From contig JAHIZT010000124.1 in assembly GCA_018814355.1 (NCBI GenBank), positions 479-64,478 of the forward strand: a stretch of DNA of 64,000 nucleotides, written 5' to 3'. Below, in pieces: positions 55,432 to 64,000 of this stretch (the stretch's first letter is position 1; each line of letters starts with the position of its first letter). The translations under genes were made by a program, and so were the position numbers. This DNA is from Thermoplasmatota archaeon (GTDB lineage Archaea > Thermoplasmatota > Thermoplasmata > UBA10834). Under the pieces are notes generated by a model. It searched no databases. It saw only the letters and a program-made list of their open reading frames with translations, and was not told where the DNA came from.

Positions 55432-56205
55432 TCATCTCAAAGTTCCGCCGAACACCTGCCACGCGAGGGCGCTCTTTGCCGTGAGGCTTAGGATGATGTA
55501 CACTCTCTCGCCGAACAGGTAGTCCTTCCATCTGCCCTTTCCTCTGTACTGCAGGATCATGTTGATGGCGAAGATGTTGAAGAATATCGCGAGGGACACG
55601 AAGATGAAGTACACGAATGTCGGAACCGCATCTGACGCGGTCAGAAGCGCCCCAAAGAAGTACAGGCCCAGAACGATCCAGCATATGAGTCCCGCGAACG
55701 AACCGAAGATAAAAGCCGTCCAGTTGGTCTTTTTCGTTGTCTGGTTGTGTAGTTCCATCATGAGTCCGAACAGGTTCATGGTGGCGTTGAGCGCGAAGAT
55801 CAGTATGAGGCTCGAAAGCTCGTAGATGCCGCACAGGGCCGCGATGACCACTATCATGATGGATGAGCTGATGGCGTATTCGTACCATCTTGCATAGTTG
55901 ATGCCCCTCTTCAGATTCCGCACGTACCAAGAGTAACCGTACGTGGACACCGAGAAGTGAGCAATCGCGGAAACGAACAGAAACATGGCAATCATCGGTC
56001 CGAGTCTCAGGTTGATGATCGTGTTCGTCACCGTGGTGAAGGCCTGATTCACGGCGTCATAGCCAAGCAGGGTCTCTTTGACCGGCACCGAGTACTTGTT
56101 GCTCAACCAGAGCATCAAGCCACCTTGAAACAGGTGGAGAAACCCCATCACAAGGTTGAACCTCTTCAGCTTTTCGAACTTGACTTCTTCCGTTGCATCT
56201 GCCAT
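55432..56205 (-). CDS. Heliorhodopsin (7-TM retinal protein). The start is MADATEEVKFEKLKRFN, and there is a GAGGAG SD 9 nt upstream.
   Basis: Close collinear match to heliorhodopsin 48C12: FNLVMGFLHLFQ vs FNRIAGVFHLLQ; RWYEYAISSSIMIVVIAALCGI vs RWVEYSLSSSVMIVLIAQICGI (counterion Glu conserved); C-terminal RGERVYIILSLTAKSALAWQVFGG vs RGERAYIVLSLVAKSALAWQIFSG (Schiff-base Lys conserved). Seven hydrophobic segments. Confidence 0.85.
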   Translation of the reverse strand: MADATEEVKFEKLKRFNLVMGFLHLFQGGLMLWLSNKYSVPVKETLLGYDAVNQAFTTVTNTIINLRLGPMIAMFLFVSAIAHFSVSTYGYSWYVRNLKRGINYARWYEYAISSSIMIVVIAALCGIYELSSLILIFALNATMNLFGLMMELHNQTTKKTNWTAFIFGSFAGLICWIVLGLYFFGALLTASDAVPTFVYFIFVSLAIFFNIFAINMILQYRGKGRWKDYLFGERVYIILSLTAKSALAWQVFGGTLR

Positions 56206-56385
56206 ATTGCCACTCCTCAGCATCGAAACCTTCTGGTCGTTATTATGCCTTTCCCAAACGGCGTTCGATTGCCTCAACTTCAGGTGTTGCCTTAGTTCAT
56301 ATCCTCTTCATCGATTGGTGTGGCCATCTCGACGAAGCAAAGAATGTGGTAATGAATCGCCGATTACGCTTGGCATGTCATCTTC

Positions 56386-57225
56386 TTGGACCGTGGTTCT
56401 CAGATCCGAGAATATCCACCGCTAGCTTTTATATGGGCGCAACAGATAATTCGTTGGCTAGGACAGATGGCAAAGAGAGTTTCGTATTTCATCAGAACCG
56501 AAGGGCCCGACAGGGGAGCCGTCAAGAAAGCCTTGGAATGGCTCCTACAGGTCTCACCAGCGAAGGGTTTCGTAGCGGTACCTGGGCTTAGGAACCTAGA
56601 CGGTGTGCTGGCAGAGGAGCTCGGACCATCAGCCGTTAAGGACTTGAAGACAAAGGGTAAAGCCATCGTATCGGGCAGAGAGCTGTATGTGATAACGAGG
56701 CTCAAACCGGTCCGTAGCGCTGACAATGCTGCCATCGTGGCATTCTATCCTTACGGGCGGATGCTAGATGTCCTGGACGCCATCAGGGATATCTCGGCCA
56801 TACTTATCGTCCCTTGGTCGATGCAGGAGATCGATCATTGGGTAAGTACGTGGAACGCGAAGGAACTCGGGAGCCGGAAGAGGTCCAAGAAGGCGGACCA
56901 TGTCAGCAACCGGGTTGTTGAGGAGGCATTGAGGGACATCTCGGATCGAGTCAACGTGCCCACAGGAATGGAGCACCAGATCGACAGGGACTTGATCATT
57001 CAGGCGCTGCTAATACTCAAGAAGGGCGGCGAGGAGTTCACGCCATCTTCTCTGAAGTCCTGGTTTGTGGCCAATGGAGGATGGAAGGCGACCCACGCTC
57101 AGGAAGTCGCTGAGGCCGCGGCTGAGGTTCTCGAGGGCAAGAGAGTCAATCGGGGGAAGTCAGCTTGGCCAGACGATATCTTGCAGAAATGGCGTGCAAG
57201 GAGTGCCGATGCGAAGACTGGGTAA
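56386..57225 (+). CDS. Hypothetical protein (about 250-279 aa) immediately downstream of, and divergent from, the heliorhodopsin gene
   Basis: Long ORF with good coding bias and no motif recognised. The start is possibly the internal MAKRVSYFIRTEGPD. Confidence 0.45.
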   Translation: MDRGSQIREYPPLAFIWAQQIIRWLGQMAKRVSYFIRTEGPDRGAVKKALEWLLQVSPAKGFVAVPGLRNLDGVLAEELGPSAVKDLKTKGKAIVSGRELYVITRLKPVRSADNAAIVAFYPYGRMLDVLDAIRDISAILIVPWSMQEIDHWVSTWNAKELGSRKRSKKADHVSNRVVEEALRDISDRVNVPTGMEHQIDRDLIIQALLILKKGGEEFTPSSLKSWFVANGGWKATHAQEVAEAAAEVLEGKRVNRGKSAWPDDILQKWRARSADAKTG

Positions 57226-57410
57226 CACAATTGCCGGGTACTAAAGTCTCTTGCATCGCCTCTATCCAATCCAGCGGCCTGCAACTTGTGTGTCGTCGTC
57301 ATTCCTAGTATCCGAGTCGTTTACAGTCACCTGCTGTCTGGAGAAGGCAGTCGAATGCCTTCGGCATCCGGTCGAACATGAACCTTCGCAGCAGGAATCT
57401 ACCCTGATCT

Positions 57411-58999
57411 ATGGGGGTCTGTTCCCTTTTATCTACACGTAGGACGTTTTCTTTAGTCGGAGGGTCGGTCGCTCGGCCCGGATCCTCCAAGAAAGGAGAT
57501 GCGAACTTGGTCTCTGGGAAGAGCATGGTGAGGATTCTTGACAAGAGCGATCTGGAAGCGGTCCACGGAGCCACAATGAGAGTCCTGGACGATGTTGGAG
57601 TGAAGATCGATTCCCCCGAAACCCTCGACCTCCTAGTGAAGAACGGGTTCGAGGTCGACAGGAAGTCCAAGATCGTGAGAATGCCGGAGTCAAAAGTCAT
57701 GGAAGCAGTCAATAGCTGCAGAAAGAACTTCAAATGGCACGCTCGCAACGAGAAGCATTCTATCGACTTTGTGGACGGAAGGACCAAGTTCGGTCCTGGA
57801 GCGCAGTGCCTGTACTACATCAACCTGATACCGAGCGCGTGAGGGCGGCCACTCTTCAGGATGGCATCAGTATCTGCAGACTCTTGGACGCGCTCGACTC
57901 GTCTGCCCTGGGCTACATCCCTGTGTATCCGAGCGATGTCCCCGTCCCAGCAATGAGCGTCGTCATGTGGGCCGCGGGCCTCGTGAACTCATCCAAACCT
58001 GCCTTTGGCGGCGGGGGAGGTGAATCCGAGTTCGAGTTGATGTTGCGGATCGCAGACATATTCCTAGGGGACCGGGAGCTTCTGAGGACGAAGCCGATGT
58101 TCCCCGGATACATCGACCCGATAAGTCCGCTCGGACACGATCAGGGAATGCTCGAGACGCTCCTCCGGTACTCCGAATGGGATCTTCCGATGTTCATAAT
58201 GGTCATGGCCCTTGCCGGCGGGACAGCTCCCGCATCTCTTGCCGGTCTTCTAGTGCAGCAGAACGCAGAGATCCTGAGCTCAGCAGTGATAGCCAAGTGC
58301 GTCACGAAGGCTCCAAAGATCGTCTACGGCTCTGTATCCTGCCCTCTGGACATGAGGTCGGGCATTGCGTCGACGGGCTCTCCTGAGTTCTCTCTCATAG
58401 GCGTCGGATCCGTCCAGATGGCCAAGTTCTACGGGCTTCCGAGCGACATTGGGGTTCAGAGCGATTCGAAGACTGTGGACGCACAGACATCCTATGAGAA
58501 GATGCAGGCCGCGCTGATGGCGACCATGTCCGGTGCCGATTTCGCAGAGCTTTTCCTCGGCTCGACCGAGACCTTCAACGCATATTCGCTGGTCCAGCTC
58601 ATGATCGATGACGAGATAGCCTCATATGTCCAGCGGATCTCCGACGGGATCGAGGTCAATGAAGAGACGTTGTCAGTGGACGTTATCGCAAAGACGGGCC
58701 CTCTCGGGAACTACCTGAAGCACCCTAGGACCATGAAGCAGTTCAAACGGGAGCATTCGCAGGCGAGGCTCTCTGATAGGACCACCAGACGACACTGGAC
58801 CGCTGGCGGAGCCAAGGATGTCAAGGAACGTGCAAGGGAGCGCGCGGCTAACCTGTTGAGATCTCATACGCCTGACCCACTCGAGCCAGATATGAAGAAG
58901 AGCCTGAATGGCCTGATCAGGGAGTACACCAAGGACTACGATGTGGACAAGCTTGGCGGCTCAAGTCCCCAGGCCAGGTCAGAATCGTCCTGCTCTTGA
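57411..58999 (+). pseudogene. MttB-superfamily (trimethylamine methyltransferase-like) homolog, non-pyrrolysine, split by a -1/+2 frameshift near 57828-57842
   Basis: Frame-0 part: ILDKSDLEAVHGATMRVLDDVGVKIDSPETLDLLVKNGFEV...IVRMPESKVMEAV matches the MttB N-terminus. Frame-2 continuation RVRAATLQDG...GSVQMAKFYGLPSDIGVQSDSK aligns with MttB [16 protein letters not shown] but has CAG (Gln) where MttB has TAG (Pyl). The two ORFs are offset by 323 nt. Confidence 0.7.
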
Positions 59000-59062
59000 C
59001 CAAGTATCCAGTCAACTTTTAAGTAGCACGGACGGGTATGGATATGCGCTCGGAGAGATGCT

Positions 59063-59386
59063 TTGGCCGGTTACAGAGGAAAATACAAAGGGCGAAAAAG
59101 AAACGAACCTAGAGCTCACGGCCCTCGCGAGAACGAGAAGACCGTCATGCTGAACCAGGGCAGGCTCTCTATGTTCAGGTATGGGCTCAGGGAGATAATG
59201 GACAACTACAAAGTGGACGAAGCCTCTGCCTCTTCTCTGGTAGCAAGTGTCATAGCGAAAGGGTCTCGGGTGTCGATCGATTCTGCAAGGATGTATGTTC
59301 TCGAGCAGGAGAAATTGGGCCTGTGTCCGAAGGAAGCCACGGACGAGATCTGCGATCTTCTGGACAAGTTCTCGAGGTATCGATAA
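59063..59386 (+). CDS. Small hypothetical protein. The likely start is the internal MLNQGRLSMFRYG, giving ~79 aa.
   Basis: ORF only. The N-terminal part of the listed ORF is Arg/Lys-rich and may be non-coding. Confidence 0.3.
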   Translation: MAGYRGKYKGRKRNEPRAHGPRENEKTVMLNQGRLSMFRYGLREIMDNYKVDEASASSLVASVIAKGSRVSIDSARMYVLEQEKLGLCPKEATDEICDLLDKFSRYR

Positions 59387-59475
59387 GCCTTCTGATGGCC
59401 GCAATGCGTGTGTCGCTTAGAGTGCGGCCTCGTGCCATGCCTCTTCTCTGGGCGATGTTTTCGACCGAGATAGTC

Positions 59476-59775
59476 TCATGGAGTCGAGTCCTTGAAGACA
59501 TAGCCACACGGTTGATGGATCTGCTCGCGCTTCGTTCTTGGATACTTCCTGCACTGCGGAGGCCTTATCAAGTAGGCCCCGCACGATGCCGAATTCGGCT
59601 TGCCATCTTCGAACTCGAGGAAAGGGCACCTGACCAGGAATATGCAGCAGGCGCCGCATCGATTGCATTCGCCAGTTCTGTTCTTGTCCACTGGAAGGAC
59701 CAGACTCGTAGCGAACCTCGTGGCTTTCCCGTCGAACGGGCCCTTCGACTCTCTGGGCACCAGCGCTCTCCTCAT
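59476..59775 (-). CDS. YkgJ-family CxxCxxCC cysteine-cluster protein (putative Fe-S/zinc-binding, UPF0153-like)
   Basis: Motif GECNRCGACCIFLVRCPFLE plus downstream CGAY...C residues, ~99 aa. Confidence 0.55.
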   Translation of the reverse strand: MRRALVPRESKGPFDGKATRFATSLVLPVDKNRTGECNRCGACCIFLVRCPFLEFEDGKPNSASCGAYLIRPPQCRKYPRTKREQIHQPCGYVFKDSTP

Positions 59776-59828
59776 ACCCCTATCGTGATTCCTGCTCCTT
59801 GTTCCTTTCTGTCGTCACCTAGCAGTGC

Positions 59829-60926
59829 TCATCTCCCGGTCCACACAGGGGCTGTCCACGCCGTCACGCCGGGTCCGCCATTCAAAGGAGATGCCGTGCT
59901 CACTCTCAAGTAGAAGTAGTGAGCGGAATCGGAGCTCAACGTGATGGTCAGGTCAACGGTCGTCCCACTCGTTGGCACGCTCGCGACTACGCGCCCTCCG
60001 TCGGAGATTATCTCGACGAGGGTGATGGCATCACTCTTGACCCTGTCAGGGTCCACAATGCTGATGGATGCCTTGTAGACGCTCGCGCCCGCCGCAAGCA
60101 CAGACCCCATGACCGCGCCGTTCAGAGTGTACGAGATCCTGAGGTTCTTGTCGAGGGTGGCGTAGCCCCGGCATGCACTCATGGCAGCGTACAGGTTATC
60201 CGGTGTGAGGCTCGGCGCAAGGAGCACTGTCCTCATTTCATGGCCCGCAATCCAGTCGGAATAGTGTGTGTCCGAGTTGGCAGAGGGCATCAAGTGCCAG
60301 CCTGCATCCAACGCCATTATGTAGCTGTCCTCTGTGAACTCATCGTTGTACACCTCGAGGATGTCCATTCCAGTGTCCCTGTTCTCGTTGTAGAAGCTGT
60401 AGTCCTGGAAATTGTCGCTGACATAGAGCGGATGGTTGAACTGGCCGATTGCGCCTGGTTCTTGCGCGAGCCAGTCATAGAAATTGGGGAGCCGGTCAAA
60501 TTGTCCTCCTTGCGGTTGATACGGAGGAAACTCCCGCGTGTTGTACACATTGATCTCCCCAAGGTTCGCGAGCAGCCAAGCCTCATAGCCCGCCATCGCA
60601 ACGAACTTCTTAGAGGTGTAGTAGTCCACCGCTGCCAAGGTGTCATTCCACTCGTCTGAGTCAAGGATCCACGCCTCATAGCCGTGCCAGATTGCGACGT
60701 GGTCTGTCAGGGACATGAAGTCAGCGCCCGCCGCGATAGCCGCCTTGTAGGCATCCCACGGGGTGCTGTCCTCGTAGGCGTCGGAGTACCCAGTATGGGA
60801 GTGCAGGTCTCCGAAGTACATGTTGTAGGAAACCCGAGGAGCTTTTGCCTCCCTTTCCGACTGAACATTGCTGCTGAAGTACGGTCCCATCAGCACGAAG
60901 ATGGCTCCAAGACACGCTATGGTCAC
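59829..60926 (-). CDS. Secreted PHP-domain metal-dependent phosphoesterase
   Basis: N-terminal signal/TM MTIACLGAIFVLMG, then the PHP His motifs FGDLHSHTGYSD, SLTDHV and NSDTH. Confidence 0.7.
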   Translation of the reverse strand: MTIACLGAIFVLMGPYFSSNVQSEREAKAPRVSYNMYFGDLHSHTGYSDAYEDSTPWDAYKAAIAAGADFMSLTDHVAIWHGYEAWILDSDEWNDTLAAVDYYTSKKFVAMAGYEAWLLANLGEINVYNTREFPPYQPQGGQFDRLPNFYDWLAQEPGAIGQFNHPLYVSDNFQDYSFYNENRDTGMDILEVYNDEFTEDSYIMALDAGWHLMPSANSDTHYSDWIAGHEMRTVLLAPSLTPDNLYAAMSACRGYATLDKNLRISYTLNGAVMGSVLAAGASVYKASISIVDPDRVKSDAITLVEIISDGGRVVASVPTSGTTVDLTITLSSDSAHYFYLRVSTASPLNGGPGVTAWTAPVWTGR

Positions 60927-61044
60927 TAGTGTTCTCTTTATCGTAGAATCTCCCCCCGAGCTGATTCAAGATATCGTCGAAGCGGTATTGATCGATTTGG
61001 TCTGGCACCCCCAACAATCATCCTCGGATGCCTCTGCTTCAGCC

Positions 61045-61395
61045 TCAAAACAAAGTATCATCTTTGATAACCACCTTGCCGTTTCTCATGGGGACGCCCT
61101 CGCTCTCAACGTGTTCCCTCCTGCTAGCTGCTGCCCTCTCTTCTCCCCCGAACCCTCCATCGGACTTGACAACACGCCAACAAGGCACTATTGGGTAGAG
61201 CGGGTTGTTATGCAGCGTATTTGCGACAGCCCTCATGGCCTTTGGTTTTCCGATTTTCTTGGCGATTCTCTGATATGTGCAAACCTTTCCGTAGGGGATC
61301 TCGTATGTCGCCATGTAGACCGCCATCTCGAACTCCGACCATTCACTCAGGTACTGGACTACGTCCTGCTTTGTCTTCACATCTTCCTTTCGCAC
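61045..61395 (-). CDS. MGMT-family (O6-alkylguanine-DNA alkyltransferase C-terminal DNA-binding domain) protein with a variant active-site PCWR in place of PCHR
   Basis: IPYGKVCTYQRIAKKIG.PKAMRAVANTLHNNPLYPIVPCWRVVKSDGGFGG matches the alkyltransferase HTH and active-site region. Only 116 aa, with no N-terminal domain. Confidence 0.6.
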   Translation of the reverse strand: MRKEDVKTKQDVVQYLSEWSEFEMAVYMATYEIPYGKVCTYQRIAKKIGKPKAMRAVANTLHNNPLYPIVPCWRVVKSDGGFGGEERAAASRREHVESEGVPMRNGKVVIKDDTLF

Positions 61396-61542
61396 AGGCC
61401 TCGCCTCTGGGATCTATCATCTGTTCACGTGAAATGATGACATCTCAAAGACGATGTCATTGGGGTCCGCGAAACTGCCCATCCTTCAAGATGCTCCTTG
61501 GAGTGAATGTAGAAAGGCGATTTTCCAACCTAGTGTTCTTGG

Positions 61543-63102
61543 TCATGGTCGTTGAGCCAATTCCTTCTCTCTCTTCCGGATAATCTCGTTTCCCTGTTGG
61601 ATTATTGACCTATCCAGCGCTGGCACGACATGGTCCTTCAGTAGCCTGATAGCAATCTCCCTCGCCTCTGCCACCATCGCCTTCGACATCGTTGCCTCGA
61701 ACCGCCCCTTCTCTGGGTCCCTCATCACGATCTCCTTCCTGAAGTTCCTCATTGTGTGCATGCTCGTTAGGAAAGTGTTTCCGTGGCCTACCTGCCTTGT
61801 GACATCGAGGGCTACGGTCTCCTTGCTGATCTCGAACGGAGTCATCTGTTTCTTCACGTTCTCCCAAACATACGCGTCGATGACCTCCTGTTCTAGGGCG
61901 ACTCCCTTGGCGTGGTCGAGCGCGCCGATTCCTCCCTGCATGTCCGTGCCGGACATGGTGCTAAGTGCTATCCCCATGGTCTCGGTGAACGTGTGCGGGA
62001 TCCCGGGTTCCTCTGAATCGTTCAACCCCCAGTCCCCCACCATGCACGGCAGCCCGTATCTCTTGGCCATCTGTGCCAATCCAGCCGCTATGAGCGGCTG
62101 GTTCACGCTTTCGTAGTTGATCATGCCCGTCTTCATGTTCACAGGGGTGGATGAAGAGCAGTAGATGGTGCGCGCGCCCTTGGCCGCGGCTTGGCCGATG
62201 ACCAAGCTCGCTAGGTTCTCCGAGTTTGCATTGACAAGCGTGCCCGCCATTGTGACGGGCGCTGTCCCGCCTGAGAGCGACATGGTCATGGTGGTAACGG
62301 ACACTCCTGCTTTGGCGAACTCCACGAGCGCTTCGACGGCGTCATGTTCGAACATCAATGGGGCGATGGAACAGTGGATCACCGTGAAGTATGGCTTCTT
62401 CTTGAGCTCGTCTAATCCTCCAGCGATCAAAGCTCCCAGCTCGATCTGTTTCCTGGCATCCTCAGCGTTGAATATCTCTACTCCCTGGACGTGCTTGGTC
62501 GTGTTCTGGAACGCTGTCCAGAGTTCGTGCAGTCCGTGTGTTGCATGAGGGACTTCAGTGGCCGTGAGGTTCGTCTGGACATAGTCCGCCCCCGTCAGCG
62601 CATCCCCGAGCCTGACGGTGTCGGCTATGTCCTTGACTGTGGAATCGCGCTTCTTGCCCGTCTGTATGTCCAGGATATACGTGCCCAAGCCAGTGGTGCC
62701 AACGTAGGGCCATGAGCTGACTGGGATCCTAAGGTCGTTCTTCGGATCCCTCGCGTGAAGTGTCATGCTCTTCGGGACTGTTTTCAATGCTTCCCTGACA
62801 AAGCCCTCAGGGATTCTCGCAATCTGATTCTTGTAATCGACCTGCGCTCCAGCTTTGTCCAGCATTCGAAGGACGCTCTCGCTCTTCACCTTCACACCGA
62901 TGGTCTCAAGGCATTCCATGCTCTGCTGGTCGATCAGATCTTCTTCGCCCTTGTCCAGGAACTTCAAACGCGCTACTGCCACTTGAACACCTCCTAAGCA
63001 AGCTCGCTTAGCTCGTCGCCACCCCGAAGCGGAAGAATATGAAAAGGATTTCCCTCCTCGGCCGTCGCAATCCAGACGATTCTCGTTCTTCTGATGTCGC
63101 AT
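61543..63102 (-). CDS. MttB-superfamily (trimethylamine methyltransferase-like) homolog lacking pyrrolysine. The N-terminal ~40 aa of the listed ORF may be upstream of the real start.
   Basis: VAVARLKFLDKGEEDLIDQQSMECLETIGVKVKSESVLRMLDKAGAQV...IPEGFVREALKTVPKSMTLHARDP matches the MttB N-terminal half. Near the Pyl position it has AKRYGLPCMVGDWGLNDSEEPG (MttB: [25 protein letters not shown]), with no TAG. Confidence 0.8.
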   Translation of the reverse strand: MRHQKNENRLDCDGRGGKSFSYSSASGWRRAKRACLGGVQVAVARLKFLDKGEEDLIDQQSMECLETIGVKVKSESVLRMLDKAGAQVDYKNQIARIPEGFVREALKTVPKSMTLHARDPKNDLRIPVSSWPYVGTTGLGTYILDIQTGKKRDSTVKDIADTVRLGDALTGADYVQTNLTATEVPHATHGLHELWTAFQNTTKHVQGVEIFNAEDARKQIELGALIAGGLDELKKKPYFTVIHCSIAPLMFEHDAVEALVEFAKAGVSVTTMTMSLSGGTAPVTMAGTLVNANSENLASLVIGQAAAKGARTIYCSSSTPVNMKTGMINYESVNQPLIAAGLAQMAKRYGLPCMVGDWGLNDSEEPGIPHTFTETMGIALSTMSGTDMQGGIGALDHAKGVALEQEVIDAYVWENVKKQMTPFEISKETVALDVTRQVGHGNTFLTSMHTMRNFRKEIVMRDPEKGRFEATMSKAMVAEAREIAIRLLKDHVVPALDRSIIQQGNEIIRKREKELAQRP

Positions 63103-63165
63103 TTCAGAAAAGAATAACTACGCTGGTCGTATTCAGAGTCCGAGCCCATAGTAGGGGAGATGTCG

Positions 63166-64000
63166 ATGAGGAAGATCGAGCGCATGCGAATCAGAGAGCT
63201 GTTGGCGAAGGAAGAGAAGCAGTTCGTGAAGGAGCATCCTCGGTCCAAAGCGCTCTTCAAGAGGGCGAAGTCAGTCCTGTTGGCTGGCGTACCCATGCAC
63301 TGGATGACCAGATGGGCCGGCCCGTACCCGATATTCGTCGAAAGGGGATGGGGGAATCATGTTCTCGATGTGGATGGACATGAATATTTGGACTTCTGCC
63401 TCGGAGACACAGGCTCGATGTTCGGACACTCTCCCAAAGCCGTGGTTGACGCCGTAACGAACCAGGTCAGGAACGGCATCACGATGATGCTGCCGACGGA
63501 GGACTCGATATGGGTGGGGGAGGAGCTGGGTCGGCGGTTCGGCCTTCCCTATTGGCAGATGGCGATGACCGCGACAGATGCCAATAGATACTCCATCAGG
63601 TTGGCACGCGAAGCCACGGGAAGGAAGAAAGTGCTCGTCATGAGCGGCTGCTATCACGGGTCCGTCGACGAGGCGCTGGTCACTCTCGAGAAGGGCAAGA
63701 TGGTCTTGCGGAGCGGAAACAAGGGAGCGCCCGTCGACCCGGTACTGACCACGAAGGCTGTCGAGTTCAATGATGTCAAAGCCTTGGAACGGGCACTGAG
63801 GCCGGAGGATGTTGCGTGCGTGCTGGCAGAGCCAGCAATGACGAACCATGGGATCATACTTCCCGACCCCGGCTATCACGATGAACTGAGGAAGTTGACT
63901 CGCAAGCACGGGACTCTGCTCATCATGGATGAGACCCACACACTATGCTGCGGGATTGGAGGGTACACAGGGGAGTATGGACTTGAGCCGGACATGATGA
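63166..64000 (+). CDS. Class-III aminotransferase-fold PLP enzyme resembling glutamate-1-semialdehyde 2,1-aminomutase, 5' partial (runs off the window end; not in the ORF track)
   Basis: My translation from the ATG at 63166: MRKIERMRIRELL...FVERGWGNHVLDVDGHEYLDFCLGDTGSMFGHSP...LVMSGCYHGSVDEAL...AEPAMTNHGIILPDPGYHDELRKLTRKHGTLLIMDETHTL. No stop before 64000. Confidence 0.75.
   Translation, partial: MRKIERMRIRELLAKEEKQFVKEHPRSKALFKRAKSVLLAGVPMHWMTRWAGPYPIFVERGWGNHVLDVDGHEYLDFCLGDTGSMFGHSPKAVVDAVTNQVRNGITMMLPTEDSIWVGEELGRRFGLPYWQMAMTATDANRYSIRLAREATGRKKVLVMSGCYHGSVDEALVTLEKGKMVLRSGNKGAPVDPVLTTKAVEFNDVKALERALRPEDVACVLAEPAMTNHGIILPDPGYHDELRKLTRKHGTLLIMDETHTLCCGIGGYTGEYGLEPDMM

Noticed and set aside
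1-64000. CRISPR arrays, rRNA genes, intact IS elements or prophage integrases
   Set aside because: I found no regularly spaced direct repeats, no rRNA-like segments, and no integrase or tnpA. The only mobile-element trace is the decayed tnpB. No tRNA other than tRNA-Glu was seen in the intergenic regions.

Overview
The window is a 64-kb chromosomal segment from a GC-rich (about 58-60%) archaeon, with many GTG/TTG starts and archaeal-type TATA/BRE boxes. Its gene content points to a Thermoplasmata-like, protein-degrading lineage; this is an inference from gene content and not a database result.

The first 30 kb is dominated by conserved archaeal information-processing and core-metabolic genes:
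- TFS, PCNA, PurN, a split transketolase with transaldolase, and a geranylgeranyl reductase
- Trm5, tRNA-Glu(TTC), and the argG-argH pair
- the aIF1A-Rio1-KH protein string and the Pus10-L21e-RpoF-DUF655-KsgA string
- an Obg/YchF-like GTPase, family-B DNA polymerase and L15e

The only mobile-element trace is a TnpB (IS200/IS605 OrfB) relic broken into three frame-shifted pieces at 17.7-18.9 kb.

The remainder is more accessory in character:
- a degenerate ThiI-like THUMP protein
- two tandem class-III aminotransferase paralogs, each with a Cys-rich insertion; the second carries an in-frame TAG
- a hemerythrin, MmsA, an ABC exporter with PKD-like domains, a tungsten-type AOR, a TauE exporter and an MFS transporter
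- oligopeptidase B and an M28 peptidase
- an MsrA/MsrB/nitroreductase cluster and a DDAH-family protein

The most striking region is 52-64 kb. It holds a heliorhodopsin gene flanked by three homologues of pyrrolysine-dependent methylamine methyltransferases (one MtmB-like, two MttB-like). All three lack the pyrrolysine codon and one is frame-shifted, and no cognate corrinoid protein lies within the window. TAG is a common ordinary stop in this window (9 of about 32 stops), which argues against pyrrolysine decoding.

No rRNA genes, CRISPR arrays or intact IS elements were seen.
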